From NCBI GenBank assembly GCA_900317545.1, contig ONHE01000056.1, positions 4,101-68,100 on the forward strand: a stretch of 64,000 nucleotides of DNA. The letters are read 5' to 3'. Made by a program: the position numbers and the translations under genes. Each line of letters opens with the position of its first letter. The first letter of the stretch is position 1. The DNA is from an uncultured Prevotella sp. GTDB lineage: Bacteria; Bacteroidota; Bacteroidia; Bacteroidales; Bacteroidaceae. Under the pieces are notes generated by a model. It saw only the letters and a program-made list of their open reading frames with translations, searched no databases and was not told the DNA's origin. Positions 17,140 to 26,932 of this stretch are shown piece by piece.

Positions 17140-19041
17140 CTACTTCCTGAACATCCTGATGGCAATGGGACGCATGTACTGCTGACCTTGCCGGTCAACA
17201 GCCTGCAGACGGCACGTGTGTTGTCCCGGCGGCAATGTCAGCCGGCCCACCCGGAGGCGTGCGGTACCTTTGCTCTCAGGGTATCCTTTGTAGTGCACCA
17301 TAAGCCGCTGTTGTCCGATGCTGATGCTCACGCAGCCTTGATCTTCGGGTTGTTCCGTGTTATAGTCGAGGTAGATCTCGTAGGTTGCCTTGACCTTGGT
17401 TCGAAACTCCCACCGCATGGCCTGCGAGATGTCCGTCCAGTGGGACACATAGTTGCGGTTAGGTTTGCCGTCGCCATAACCCAGTCCTTTTCCTTCAAGA
17501 GAAGCATCGAAGGTGTAGAGGCAGTTGTCATCGGCGTCAAGTAATCTGACGGGGTTGATCACCGGCTTGCCTCGTAGCTTCAGAGCCACCACCGTGCTGA
17601 GGGTGTCGGGGCGCAGGTCAGGCAGCAACAGTTCTCCGTCATCACCGTCGGTCTGTCGCCAGCCTACCGGCAGTTGACCGAAGTCCAAAGTCCATCCCCG
17701 TTCTACGCTTGCATTGAGTCCTCCCACCGTCAGCCTTCGGTTAGCAGGCCATCTGTGGATGTGCAGGTAGAGCGTGTCATGTCTCATGGTGGTCACCCCC
17801 CACGACTGTAGCGGCAGTCCGCTGCGGTCGGCGCCATAGATGCTCTCGCCGTTGGTCTTGAGCCAACGCCCGATACCTTTGAAGATCGCCACGTCTTTCT
17901 CGTCCCATCTGCCATCGCCCATGGGGCCCACGTTCATCAGGATGTTACCACCGCGCGATACAGCATCTTCAAGCAGCCGTACAAAGTGACTTACAGGCTT
18001 ATGGCGGTTGTCTGCAGCGTTGTAGCCATACGATTCGTTGGTGGTGGGTATTGATTCCCACAGTCCTTGCGTCGGCGGGAAGAAAGCAGCTCGGTCTCCC
18101 GTGTTTCGGTAATCTCCCATGTTCCGGTTGCCCCATCTCACTAATCGTCCGTTCACCACGATGCTGAGCTGAGTGTCTGCATCACGGATAGCCTTGAGGA
18201 TGCGGATGTTCAGGTAGAGAGGCAGTTTGCCAGGGGTGTCAAACCACAGAATGTCGGGCTGGTAGGTCTTGATGAGTTCCTTGATCTGCGGTATCGACTT
18301 CTCGGCTACATATCGCTCTGCACTGTCCAAAAACCACTTATAGTCGCTGTTCCACCAGTTGGTGCCACCTAACTTGCGGTCCCCGCCTGGGTGGTCGTAC
18401 TCCCAGTCGTTGCCCGGCGCACAGGGATGCTCCCAATCGAAGGCGTGTGAATAATAGAATCCAAACTTGATTCCATGCCTCCGTGCCGCTTCGCGCAGTT
18501 CCATCATGGGATCGCGCTTACACCGGGTAAGCCTGATGTCATAAGGATAGGCAGCAGAGGGATACATGGCAAAGCCGTCATGGTGCTTGGCCGTGATGAC
18601 GAAATAGCGCATGCCGGCATCGGCCACCCGCTGCATCCACTCTTCGGCATCGAAGTGTATGGGATCGAACGTACTCACCAACGCTTTCTTGTATTGTTGC
18701 AAGGGTATCTTGGCCTTGCGCATGAGATGCTCGGAATAGCCTCCGACGGGGTGTCCCTGCCAGTAGCCTGCAGCCTGAGAATAGACGCCCCAGTGGACGA
18801 AGCATCCGAAACGCGCGTCCCGAAACCACCGGGTGCGCCCATTGACATTGCGCTGAGCTTTCGTCCACCATCCACCTACGGCCTCGTCGACTGCTTGACG
18901 GTCTGCGGCGAGGTCTGCGTGGGCAAACGGGGTCAGTCCCTGCTCGTCACCTTTTGTGACGGTGCGAGGCTGCTGGGCCATGAGGGTCGAGGAGCAGGCC
19001 AGGCCTAAGGCCCAGACTGCGAGCTGTCGTGAAGGGTGCAT
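17140..19041 (-). CDS. GH29 alpha-L-fucosidase with a C-terminal CBM-like beta-sandwich
   Basis: FGCFVHWG, TAKHHDGF, ILWFD nucleophile, GGNILMNVGP; signal peptide. Confidence 0.92.
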   Translation of the reverse strand: MHPSRQLAVWALGLACSSTLMAQQPRTVTKGDEQGLTPFAHADLAADRQAVDEAVGGWWTKAQRNVNGRTRWFRDARFGCFVHWGVYSQAAGYWQGHPVGGYSEHLMRKAKIPLQQYKKALVSTFDPIHFDAEEWMQRVADAGMRYFVITAKHHDGFAMYPSAAYPYDIRLTRCKRDPMMELREAARRHGIKFGFYYSHAFDWEHPCAPGNDWEYDHPGGDRKLGGTNWWNSDYKWFLDSAERYVAEKSIPQIKELIKTYQPDILWFDTPGKLPLYLNIRILKAIRDADTQLSIVVNGRLVRWGNRNMGDYRNTGDRAAFFPPTQGLWESIPTTNESYGYNAADNRHKPVSHFVRLLEDAVSRGGNILMNVGPMGDGRWDEKDVAIFKGIGRWLKTNGESIYGADRSGLPLQSWGVTTMRHDTLYLHIHRWPANRRLTVGGLNASVERGWTLDFGQLPVGWRQTDGDDGELLLPDLRPDTLSTVVALKLRGKPVINPVRLLDADDNCLYTFDASLEGKGLGYGDGKPNRNYVSHWTDISQAMRWEFRTKVKATYEIYLDYNTEQPEDQGCVSISIGQQRLMVHYKGYPESKGTARLRVGRLTLPPGQHTCRLQAVDRQGQQYMRPIAIRMFRK

Positions 19042-19052
19042 GGCTGAAGGGG

Positions 19053-20483
19053 TTATTTGTCATCCACAATGTCGAAGTAACGGTCAGAATTTGACTGGAG
19101 CTTGATTTTTGGCAGTCGGTTTCGCAGTTCCACTTTGACGATGCTCACCTTTTCGACAGGTTGGGTCACGGGCAGGTTGAGTGTGAGATGTCCGGCAGAG
19201 TTGACAAAGTTCACTTTCGCACCGTTTGCCATGAGTGTGGCTGTCTTTACCTTGAAGTTGCCGTCAAGCGTCAGCTTGCCGTCGGCAGGCCAGTCGTAGA
19301 TGCAGAGGTAGAGTAGAGAGCGTTTGCCCACGTCACGTCGCACGCACTCGCCCCAGGTGGGGTAGAGCCCGCTGCGTTGTGTACCATAGATCACTTCGCC
19401 ATATCGTTTGAGCCACTGGCCTACGCCCTGCAGGCACTGTTGTGCGGGTTGTGGTACTAACCCCATGGCATCGGGACCTACATTGAGCAGCAGGTTGCCG
19501 CCTCGCGCAGCGCAAATGATGAGGGTGTGGATGATGTCATCGGTCGATTTCCACTTGTTCTCCCAACTCTTATATCCCCACGACGATCCAATGTTCATGC
19601 AGGTCTCCCAATACACGCCCTTTACGTCTTCAGGCTTAGGCACTTTCCCTTCGGGGGTCTTATAGTCTCCTGGGTAATTGGGTCGTTTCAGACGGTCATT
19701 GGTGATGATCTTCGGGTATTGCAGCATGAGCTGATGAATTTCCTCAGCAAGCGAGTCATTCATGTTGGTGGGAGTGTCAAACCATAGCACGGCCAGATCA
19801 GGGTATCGGCTGAGCAATTCTTTGATCTGCGGGATAGATACTTGATGGATATAGTCGGCAAATGACCGCTCTAACTGTCGGTAGTCCCATGCACCGTGAT
19901 GTGTCTCGGTGAAGTGGTCGATGTAGGCTGAGTCAGGATTGGCCCATCCCTCTCGCATCAGTTTGCGAGAAGTAGCGCCGCCGGCGTTGTTCCAGTCTTG
20001 CGCATGCGAATAATAAAGTCCGAACTTCATGCCATGTTTGCGACAGGCCTCAGCTACTTCGTCTACCACGTCGCGCTTGAATGGTGTGTAGTCGACAATG
20101 TTGAAGTTGCTGGCCGCACTCTTGAACATGGCGAATCCGTCATGGTGCTTGGAGGTAAGCACCACATATTTCATGCCTGCGTTCTTGGCCATGAGCACCA
20201 ATGCCTCGGCATCAAACTTTACTGGGTTGAAGGTGCTGGCCATGGTCCGGTATTCGCCTACTGGGATCTTGCAACGGTTCATGATCCACTCTGCACCGCC
20301 ACGCTGCTGACGGTAGCCATCGTACACGCCGCCATATAGACAGTAGGGGCCCCAATGAACAAACAGCCCGAACTTGGCTTGTTGCCACCAGTCCATCTTG
20401 CCCGGGGTGCTGTTTTCTGACTTGGCTTGCAGGCTGAGCACAATGGCCAGGCTGACGGCCACACACAGATAATGTCTTTTCAT
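19053..20483 (-). CDS. GH29 alpha-L-fucosidase
   Basis: KFGLFVHWG, TSKHHDGF, VLWFD, WETC..SWGY, GGNLLLNVGP. Confidence 0.93.
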   Translation of the reverse strand: MKRHYLCVAVSLAIVLSLQAKSENSTPGKMDWWQQAKFGLFVHWGPYCLYGGVYDGYRQQRGGAEWIMNRCKIPVGEYRTMASTFNPVKFDAEALVLMAKNAGMKYVVLTSKHHDGFAMFKSAASNFNIVDYTPFKRDVVDEVAEACRKHGMKFGLYYSHAQDWNNAGGATSRKLMREGWANPDSAYIDHFTETHHGAWDYRQLERSFADYIHQVSIPQIKELLSRYPDLAVLWFDTPTNMNDSLAEEIHQLMLQYPKIITNDRLKRPNYPGDYKTPEGKVPKPEDVKGVYWETCMNIGSSWGYKSWENKWKSTDDIIHTLIICAARGGNLLLNVGPDAMGLVPQPAQQCLQGVGQWLKRYGEVIYGTQRSGLYPTWGECVRRDVGKRSLLYLCIYDWPADGKLTLDGNFKVKTATLMANGAKVNFVNSAGHLTLNLPVTQPVEKVSIVKVELRNRLPKIKLQSNSDRYFDIVDDK

Positions 20484-22510
20484 ATCGCTGATTTTTTAGG
20501 GTTAAAGTCGCAGTACTGCACAATGACATAGCCTTTGCGGGTGGGTCGCAGCTGATAGAGTCCCGGTTTGTCAAAGGTTATCGTTGCCTTGTTCAGGCGG
20601 GCGGTCTGTCTGCTGTGGACGACGGCCCAAAGTCTGTTGGCGAAAGCCTTTCCGCCTACGACCTGTAGGGTGGGAGTGTTCATCATTACCTGAACCTGGG
20701 AAAGTCGGTAGTTGGCCACGTCTTCGGGGCTGACATGGGGCATGACCATGTAGGCATACCGTTTGTCGCGCGGCCGTGAGCCGTGATCGAAGTAGAGGGT
20801 GAACAGCGTGTCGCGCACTACCTCGTAGGGATACATCTGCATATTGTCTGACCAGCTGCCGGTGGTAATCTCGTTCTTCATCACCGCCGGACCACTGTCG
20901 AGGACGAAGTAACCTACCTGCCTATGCCATGCCCGCCCGTTGATATGTACTTTCGCTCCGGGCGGCACTGTCTGCCAGCCTGTTGGCGTAAGTATCTTGG
21001 GCGTCCCTGCGGTGAGCCGCTGGTCGATGCAGGTGGTGACGTGCAGGCTGCTGTCGGAACTGATGCCACTGCCCAGACAGACCACGGCGTTGGGTGTGAA
21101 AAACCAGGCTTTGCTGGCCTTAATGCCATCTTTCTCGTAACGCATGGCACTGACGCCGTAAAGTCCCATATTCAGTCCAGCTACCTGAGATGACTTGTTG
21201 CGTGGACTGCGACCGTTGAAATTGATGGCTTGTGTGTCGTCATAAGCCGTGGTGCCAGGAACTTTGCGCCAGTCCCAAAGAGGCAAGGCATCCATGTAGC
21301 CGCTGTCATCCCCTATATAATAATAGGTGGCCCCATCTCCCAAATAATAGCCCTGCACATTGTCTTCGTTGACATGCTCAGAACCAATGGTGCGTGAAGA
21401 TGACATCTTGAGCGACATCATCCAGTGGGGGGTGCGGTGGACGGTATAGTCGGAGTAGGAAAAGTGTTTGTGTCCCACCAAAGGATTGGCGTGCAGGGGA
21501 AAACCGCCGATGCCTAACTCTTCGGCGGCTAAAGCCAAGCAATAGCCTTTGTGCAAGTCACCATTATGGAAGAGCTGTCGCCCTAAGGCACTGAGATCCA
21601 TGCGGCGGTGCCATACGGTCCATCTAAACCCCTGGCTCACCAGGTTGGTGAGTATCGATACCTGCTGGCTCGACAGCTGCAGAGGGGTATCTTGAAAGAG
21701 TTTGTGAAAGAAAACCATGCTCGTGAGGAATGCCAACCCGTAATTGCCGAACTGCTGTTGCGGACCGTGCAGCTGGTAGCTCCAGTCTGGGCGAATGCCC
21801 TCTTCGCCGTCGTTGCGAATTTCCGACACAATGGTGTCGCGAGCGGCTTTCATTAGGGAGTCATCGTTGGTGAGCAATGCTCTGATGAGCACATTGGAGG
21901 CTAACCACACCTTGTTCTGTCCCGTCATGCCAAACTGAGCCTGCTCCATCACCTTGACAGCCTCTGTTTTCTGTTGGGGCGACAATCGGTCCTCAATGAT
22001 GATAAAGGCCTGCCCTAATGTCTTGGGAATGCCAATCTGATTGTACCACCAGTTTTTACACACGGGTTTAGTTTTGAACCAATAATCCATCAGCAGATGG
22101 ATCTGGTTCAAGAGTTCTGTTGAATGATAATAGCTTGTGGTGGGAGAGGCGTAGAGCTTGCACAACTCAAGCAGTCGTTCCGCGTGTTGTTTGGGCTGCC
22201 ATCCGCTTCGCTTGGTATCATGGTAGTCGATGTCTGCAAACGAGCCGTCATGATTGATCTTGGCACAATATTGTCTAATGGCTGCCATATCGAAGGGATA
22301 TCGGTTCATGAGTTCCTGGATCATCTGGTCGCTGACAATCTTCTCACGCTGAATTTGTCGGAGACCGGCCATGATCGTGTCGCCCTCGACCTTGCGCGGA
22401 ATGAGCAGGGATCGGTAGTGTGCCATGACTGCGTCAATGGTCGACCCACCCCAGGAGAGGGACGGCAGTAATATGAAGGCGATCAGTAATACGTATTTTT
22501 TCTTTTTCAT
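20480..22510 (-). CDS. PL8 polysaccharide lyase (chondroitin AC/hyaluronate/xanthan lyase family)
   Basis: NWWYNQIG, TGQNKVW, DWSYQLHG..GNYG, WDWRKVPGTT; start MKKKKY at 22510. Confidence 0.9.
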   Translation of the reverse strand: MKKKKYVLLIAFILLPSLSWGGSTIDAVMAHYRSLLIPRKVEGDTIMAGLRQIQREKIVSDQMIQELMNRYPFDMAAIRQYCAKINHDGSFADIDYHDTKRSGWQPKQHAERLLELCKLYASPTTSYYHSTELLNQIHLLMDYWFKTKPVCKNWWYNQIGIPKTLGQAFIIIEDRLSPQQKTEAVKVMEQAQFGMTGQNKVWLASNVLIRALLTNDDSLMKAARDTIVSEIRNDGEEGIRPDWSYQLHGPQQQFGNYGLAFLTSMVFFHKLFQDTPLQLSSQQVSILTNLVSQGFRWTVWHRRMDLSALGRQLFHNGDLHKGYCLALAAEELGIGGFPLHANPLVGHKHFSYSDYTVHRTPHWMMSLKMSSSRTIGSEHVNEDNVQGYYLGDGATYYYIGDDSGYMDALPLWDWRKVPGTTAYDDTQAINFNGRSPRNKSSQVAGLNMGLYGVSAMRYEKDGIKASKAWFFTPNAVVCLGSGISSDSSLHVTTCIDQRLTAGTPKILTPTGWQTVPPGAKVHINGRAWHRQVGYFVLDSGPAVMKNEITTGSWSDNMQMYPYEVVRDTLFTLYFDHGSRPRDKRYAYMVMPHVSPEDVANYRLSQVQVMMNTPTLQVVGGKAFANRLWAVVHSRQTARLNKATITFDKPGLYQLRPTRKGYVIVQYCDFNPKKSAI

Positions 22511-22595
22511 GCTTGTCGATGTTTTTCGGCACGGACGGAACGAGCCGTTGCCACGGAATGAGACTCCGCAGTGGACAATCCACGTCGGAGTGTTG

Positions 22596-22655
22596 CAAAG
22601 ATAGCGGTTTGAGCAGGAAATCATGATTAAAATTGTGTATCATTTTATCAAAATA
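22596..22655 (-). promoter_or_regulatory. PL8 operon promoter with a putative HTCS direct-repeat operator
   Basis: TATCTTTG (22596-22603), plus TATTTTGATAAA-N9-AATTTTAATCAT ending 27 nt before the G of TTTG. Confidence 0.7.
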
Positions 22656-22707
22656 GTGGCGGTGGCATTTTTTTGCACTTCTATACACTACTGCAAACAT
22701 CTGGTAC

Positions 22708-22746
22708 AATATTGATGATGAGGGTCGCGCCGATTGCCTATATTTG
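22708..22746 (+). promoter_or_regulatory. GH95 operon promoter with a proximal operator half-site
   Basis: TATATTTG (22739-22746); AATATTGATGAT ends 27 nt before the G. Confidence 0.6.
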
Positions 22747-22766
22747 CCAATGTTAATCATTCTACT

Positions 22767-25349
22767 ATGTATAAGAATAATTGTCGTTGGCTGCTGCTGA
22801 TAATCGCAGTGGTATTTATGGAGACCCATGCAGCGGGATCGTCGGGTGATCATAGCCTGTGGTACACTCATCCCGCGGCCTCTTGGGAAGAGGCATTACC
22901 GCTGGGTAACGGTCGGTTAGGTGCAATGGTCTATGGCAATGCCTTGGACGAGCATCTTCAGCTCAATGAGTCTACGCTTTGGTCGGGTGTGCCCGTGGAA
23001 GGTAACAATCCTGAGGCTCGCATCGCTCTTCCATATGTGCGGCAAGCCATAGATCGAGGCGACTATGCCATAGCCGGAAAACTCTGGAAGGCCCATGCAC
23101 AGGGACCCTATAGCGCACGCTATCTGCCTTTGGGCGATCTTTATATCAGCATGGGCTCACGCGGACCTGTGACACGCTACCGCCGAGAACTCGATCTGGG
23201 GACTGCCGTGTCGACGGTGAGCTATGAGGTGGGAGGAAAGCGTTATGAGCGCAGAACTATCATTTCTTATCCAGCGCAACTCATGGTGATGAGTCTGTGC
23301 ACTACGGCCATGCGACAGGAGGTAAAGCTCAGACTCGACAGCAAGTTGCGGCACGAGGTCATCGGTGAGGGTACAGGCACGCTGGTGTTACGCGGACGGG
23401 CCCCTGCATATGTCGCAGCCCGAGAAAACGATGTGCTGCAGGTGGCCTACGACGAGCATCAGGGCATGAGTTTTGAGATCAGGGTGCGGGTGTTGGAATC
23501 CGATGTCACAGCCTGCGTGCATGGTGGCATTCTGCAGGTGCGGGGCGGAAAGCGTATTACGTTACTCTTAGCCGCCGCAACCAGTTATGAAAGCCCGTTC
23601 CAGTGTCCCGCCACAGACTGTCACGTCCCCTCGCGACGCAATGGAGAGGCCTTGCAAAACGCCCATGGAGGCACGTGGGAGACATTGCTCGCCGATCACC
23701 TTGCCGACTATCAGCGTCTCTACGGACGTGTGAACCTGCGTCTGGGCAACACCACGCATCACCAGCTTGTCATGCCAACCGACCGGCGGGTGAAAAGCTT
23801 TGCCGATGATGACAGCGACGGCGGATTGGCTGCGCTGTTCTTCCAATATGGCAGATACCTGCTTATCGCTTCGTCACGGCCCGGCGGAGTGCCTGCCAAT
23901 CTGCAGGGAATTTGGAACGACCATATCCAACCGCCTTGGGGTTCCAACTATACACTCAACATCAATACAGAGATGAACTACTGGCCCGCCGAAGTGACTA
24001 ACCTTTCAGAGTGCTTCACGCCGCTGGCCGACTTCATCGGGAGACTTGCGGTGAACGGTGCCGTCACGGCAAAGGTCAACTATGGACTGGACAGTTGTTG
24101 GGTAGCTCACCACAACTCAGACCTCTGGTGCAAGACTTCGCCCACTGGTGGCTATGCCGGCGATGTCAAAGGGGATCCGCGATGGTCATGTTGGCCTATG
24201 GCCGGTATATGGCTCTGCCAGCATCTGTGGGATCACTATGCCTTTACGGGCGACCGACAGTTTCTGCTCCGAACAGCCTACCCACTGATGAAAGGCGCGG
24301 CACGCTTTGCCGAGCAATGGCTGCAACGCGACAACAACGGGTGGTTGCAGACCAGCCCGGCCACATCGCCCGAAAACAGATTCTACTACTATGATGCCTC
24401 TGGCCAACGGCAGGAAGGAAGTGTGTCGAAGGGAACAACCATGGATTTGGCTCTGTTGCGCGAACTGCTTAATGACATGAGACAGGCGGCCAGAGTGCTT
24501 GGAGACTCCGCAGAAGCCACCCGTTCCGATAGGTTGTTGCAACAGTTGCAGCCTTATCGGATAGGCCGTCAGGGGCAGCTGCTTGAATGGTTCAGGGAGT
24601 TTGAAGAACAGGATCCTCACCACCGCCATGTGTCGCATTTGTTAGGTCTGCATCCCGGCAGACACATCCTGCCGCGACGGGACAAAGTCCTTACTGATGC
24701 CGCGCGCCGCACTCTGCAATTGAGAGGTGACGGCGGAACCGGATGGTCAATGGCCTGGAAAATCAACATCTGGGCACGGCTGGAAGATGGTAACAGAGCG
24801 TTTGCCATGCTGAAACACGCACTCTCTGTCGCGAAAGGCACAGAAGTGTCAACTCAAGGCGGTGGAGTGTATCCCAACCTCTTTGATGCTCACCCGCCAT
24901 TTCAGATCGACGGCAACTTCGGGGCTACGGCGGGCATCGCCGAGATGCTGGTACAGAGTCATGCCGGATATATCCATCTGTTGCCGGCCCTGCCTGATGC
25001 ATGGAGTTCGGGTGAGGTGACTGGACTGAAGGCTCGCGGCGGATTTGTCATTGACATGCAGTGGCGTAACCGTCAGATCACTGAGCTACGAGTAATCTCT
25101 ACTTTGGGAGGGCCATGCCGGTTAGTGGCTGCTACACCCTTTGGACTGCAGGTCGATGGAACATCAGACCATCAATATGAGGCACCTGATGCCATAAACA
25201 AAGTGGTTGAAGCAGCTGATCCACCATCTGTGTGGGTGGACGGGCAGGTGCACCGAGCCGGCTCGGTCAACCTCACTGGATTGTATGCTACCACCCTCCA
25301 TACTACCATGGGTGGGCATTATGCTATCGTCATGAAATCTTCAAAGTGA
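22767..25349 (+). CDS. GH95 alpha-L-fucosidase (or alpha-L-galactosidase)
   Basis: WEEALPLGNGRLGAM, YGRYLLIASSR, NINTEMNYW, HRHVSHL, FQIDGNFG. Confidence 0.93.
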   Translation: MYKNNCRWLLLIIAVVFMETHAAGSSGDHSLWYTHPAASWEEALPLGNGRLGAMVYGNALDEHLQLNESTLWSGVPVEGNNPEARIALPYVRQAIDRGDYAIAGKLWKAHAQGPYSARYLPLGDLYISMGSRGPVTRYRRELDLGTAVSTVSYEVGGKRYERRTIISYPAQLMVMSLCTTAMRQEVKLRLDSKLRHEVIGEGTGTLVLRGRAPAYVAARENDVLQVAYDEHQGMSFEIRVRVLESDVTACVHGGILQVRGGKRITLLLAAATSYESPFQCPATDCHVPSRRNGEALQNAHGGTWETLLADHLADYQRLYGRVNLRLGNTTHHQLVMPTDRRVKSFADDDSDGGLAALFFQYGRYLLIASSRPGGVPANLQGIWNDHIQPPWGSNYTLNINTEMNYWPAEVTNLSECFTPLADFIGRLAVNGAVTAKVNYGLDSCWVAHHNSDLWCKTSPTGGYAGDVKGDPRWSCWPMAGIWLCQHLWDHYAFTGDRQFLLRTAYPLMKGAARFAEQWLQRDNNGWLQTSPATSPENRFYYYDASGQRQEGSVSKGTTMDLALLRELLNDMRQAARVLGDSAEATRSDRLLQQLQPYRIGRQGQLLEWFREFEEQDPHHRHVSHLLGLHPGRHILPRRDKVLTDAARRTLQLRGDGGTGWSMAWKINIWARLEDGNRAFAMLKHALSVAKGTEVSTQGGGVYPNLFDAHPPFQIDGNFGATAGIAEMLVQSHAGYIHLLPALPDAWSSGEVTGLKARGGFVIDMQWRNRQITELRVISTLGGPCRLVAATPFGLQVDGTSDHQYEAPDAINKVVEAADPPSVWVDGQVHRAGSVNLTGLYATTLHTTMGGHYAIVMKSSK

Positions 25350-25357
25350 TAATAACA

Positions 25358-26932
25358 ATGAACAAAGAAACTCAAATACTATTGTGGGGCATGCTCCTGA
25401 TGATAGGTATGTCGGGCAGAGCTTCGGCTGACAATCGGGGCGAGAGTACCTGGGTGACTGTGGGAAAGGATGGAAAATTAGTTTACCAAACCACGCCGCG
25501 GGGTGACCGAATTGCAGACTTCTCCCATGCTGGTTACCGGGGTGGGGGCGTAGCGCTTCCTCTGGTGAAGACCATGAGGCGGGTAAAGACTGAGCCAGGC
25601 ATCACCGACTATACCGACAAAATACAAAAAGCCATCGACGAGGTGTCGGCTCTGCCACTGCGGAAGGGAGTACGAGGAGCCGTGGAACTGGGCGAGGGCG
25701 AATACCCCTGTAACAGGAGTCTGCTGATTGCCGCAGATGGGGTGGTGGTGAGAGGCTGTGGAGAGGCAGATCAGAAACGATCGACTATCGTGATGTCGGG
25801 TCAGAAGCACGCAGCCTTTGTCATGTGCAAGACTGTTGTCCAGAACCATATTGCGGACCGACAACTGATGGTGAAAGGTGTGAAGGTTGTTGACAGTTAT
25901 GTACCCTTTGGCTCCTATGAGGTGCATGTGAAAAACAGCACAGGTTTCAAGCCTGGTGACGAAGTGTTGATCATGAAACCTGTGACGAAGCGCTGGATTG
26001 CCTTTATGCGAATGAATGACCTAAAGCGTGACGGAAAAACACAGACCTGGCTGTCCGAAGGTACCGTGTTGTCAACCCGGCGTACCATTGATAAAATGAC
26101 AGAAGGAAGTCTGCACTTTACGGTACCGTTGGTCGATGCATACGATGCACTATTGACCAATGATAGCACGCGTGTGGTACATGCGCAGCAAGAGGCGTTG
26201 CTGAGCAATGCCGGTGTGGAGCACTTGCGTATCGTGTCTCCGGCGCAACCCGTCAATCATACCATAGCTAAATATTTCGGGGTTCGACTTAATGGACAGG
26301 ACTGCTGGCTCAGAGACATCGATCTGTTTGAAACTATGGAAAGTATTGCCATCACCGGACGCAGGATAACCTTGCAACGTGTGTCGGTCATCAGAGAGGC
26401 TCGCCATCAGGGTTCATCCAAACCGGCTGAGTTTGCCCCTAATGCCGGTCAGGTTCTAATGGACCGATGCTATGTCAAGGGAGACAATATCTGGTCGGTT
26501 GCAGTAGGTGCCCGTGTGTCTGGACCCATTGTGCTACTTAACTGTCACTTTGAAGGCGATGGCCGTTTCCAAGGTCACCAACGCTGGAGTACGGCGTTTC
26601 TACTTGACAACTGTAGCTTTGAACGGGGAGGTATCGACTTTATGAACCGTGGCGAGATGGGCTCGGGGCATGGCTGGGGCACCGCATGGGCCGTGGCATG
26701 GAATTGTACAGCCAAGACCTTTGTCAACCAGCAGCCACCGGGATGCTACAACTGGGTGATAGGTTGCAAGGGGGAGCGTGTGATGCAACGGCGCCCCTTT
26801 GCCAAAAACGGCCCCTTTGAGCCCGAAGGCACCTATGACTCGCACGGGAGCCCCGTGACCCCATGCAGCCTCTATCTGACTCAGCTCAGGGAACGGTTAG
26901 GCAATGAGGCCGTCAAAAACATAGGCTACTGA
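25358..26932 (+). CDS. Secreted pectin-lyase-fold (beta-helix) protein, family unassigned
   Basis: GKLVY..GDRIADFSHAGY, IQKAIDEV, HQRWST..LDN, GSGHGW..VAWN, SLYLTQL; ATG at 25358. Confidence 0.8.
   Translation: MNKETQILLWGMLLMIGMSGRASADNRGESTWVTVGKDGKLVYQTTPRGDRIADFSHAGYRGGGVALPLVKTMRRVKTEPGITDYTDKIQKAIDEVSALPLRKGVRGAVELGEGEYPCNRSLLIAADGVVVRGCGEADQKRSTIVMSGQKHAAFVMCKTVVQNHIADRQLMVKGVKVVDSYVPFGSYEVHVKNSTGFKPGDEVLIMKPVTKRWIAFMRMNDLKRDGKTQTWLSEGTVLSTRRTIDKMTEGSLHFTVPLVDAYDALLTNDSTRVVHAQQEALLSNAGVEHLRIVSPAQPVNHTIAKYFGVRLNGQDCWLRDIDLFETMESIAITGRRITLQRVSVIREARHQGSSKPAEFAPNAGQVLMDRCYVKGDNIWSVAVGARVSGPIVLLNCHFEGDGRFQGHQRWSTAFLLDNCSFERGGIDFMNRGEMGSGHGWGTAWAVAWNCTAKTFVNQQPPGCYNWVIGCKGERVMQRRPFAKNGPFEPEGTYDSHGSPVTPCSLYLTQLRERLGNEAVKNIGY

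Noticed and set aside
20480-22510. Glycosaminoglycan or fucosylated chondroitin sulfate PUL, based on PL8 plus GH88
   Set aside because: No sulfatase or hexosaminidase in 46 kb, and the alpha-galactosidases and GH28s are unexplained. Not fully excluded because the locus runs past the window.
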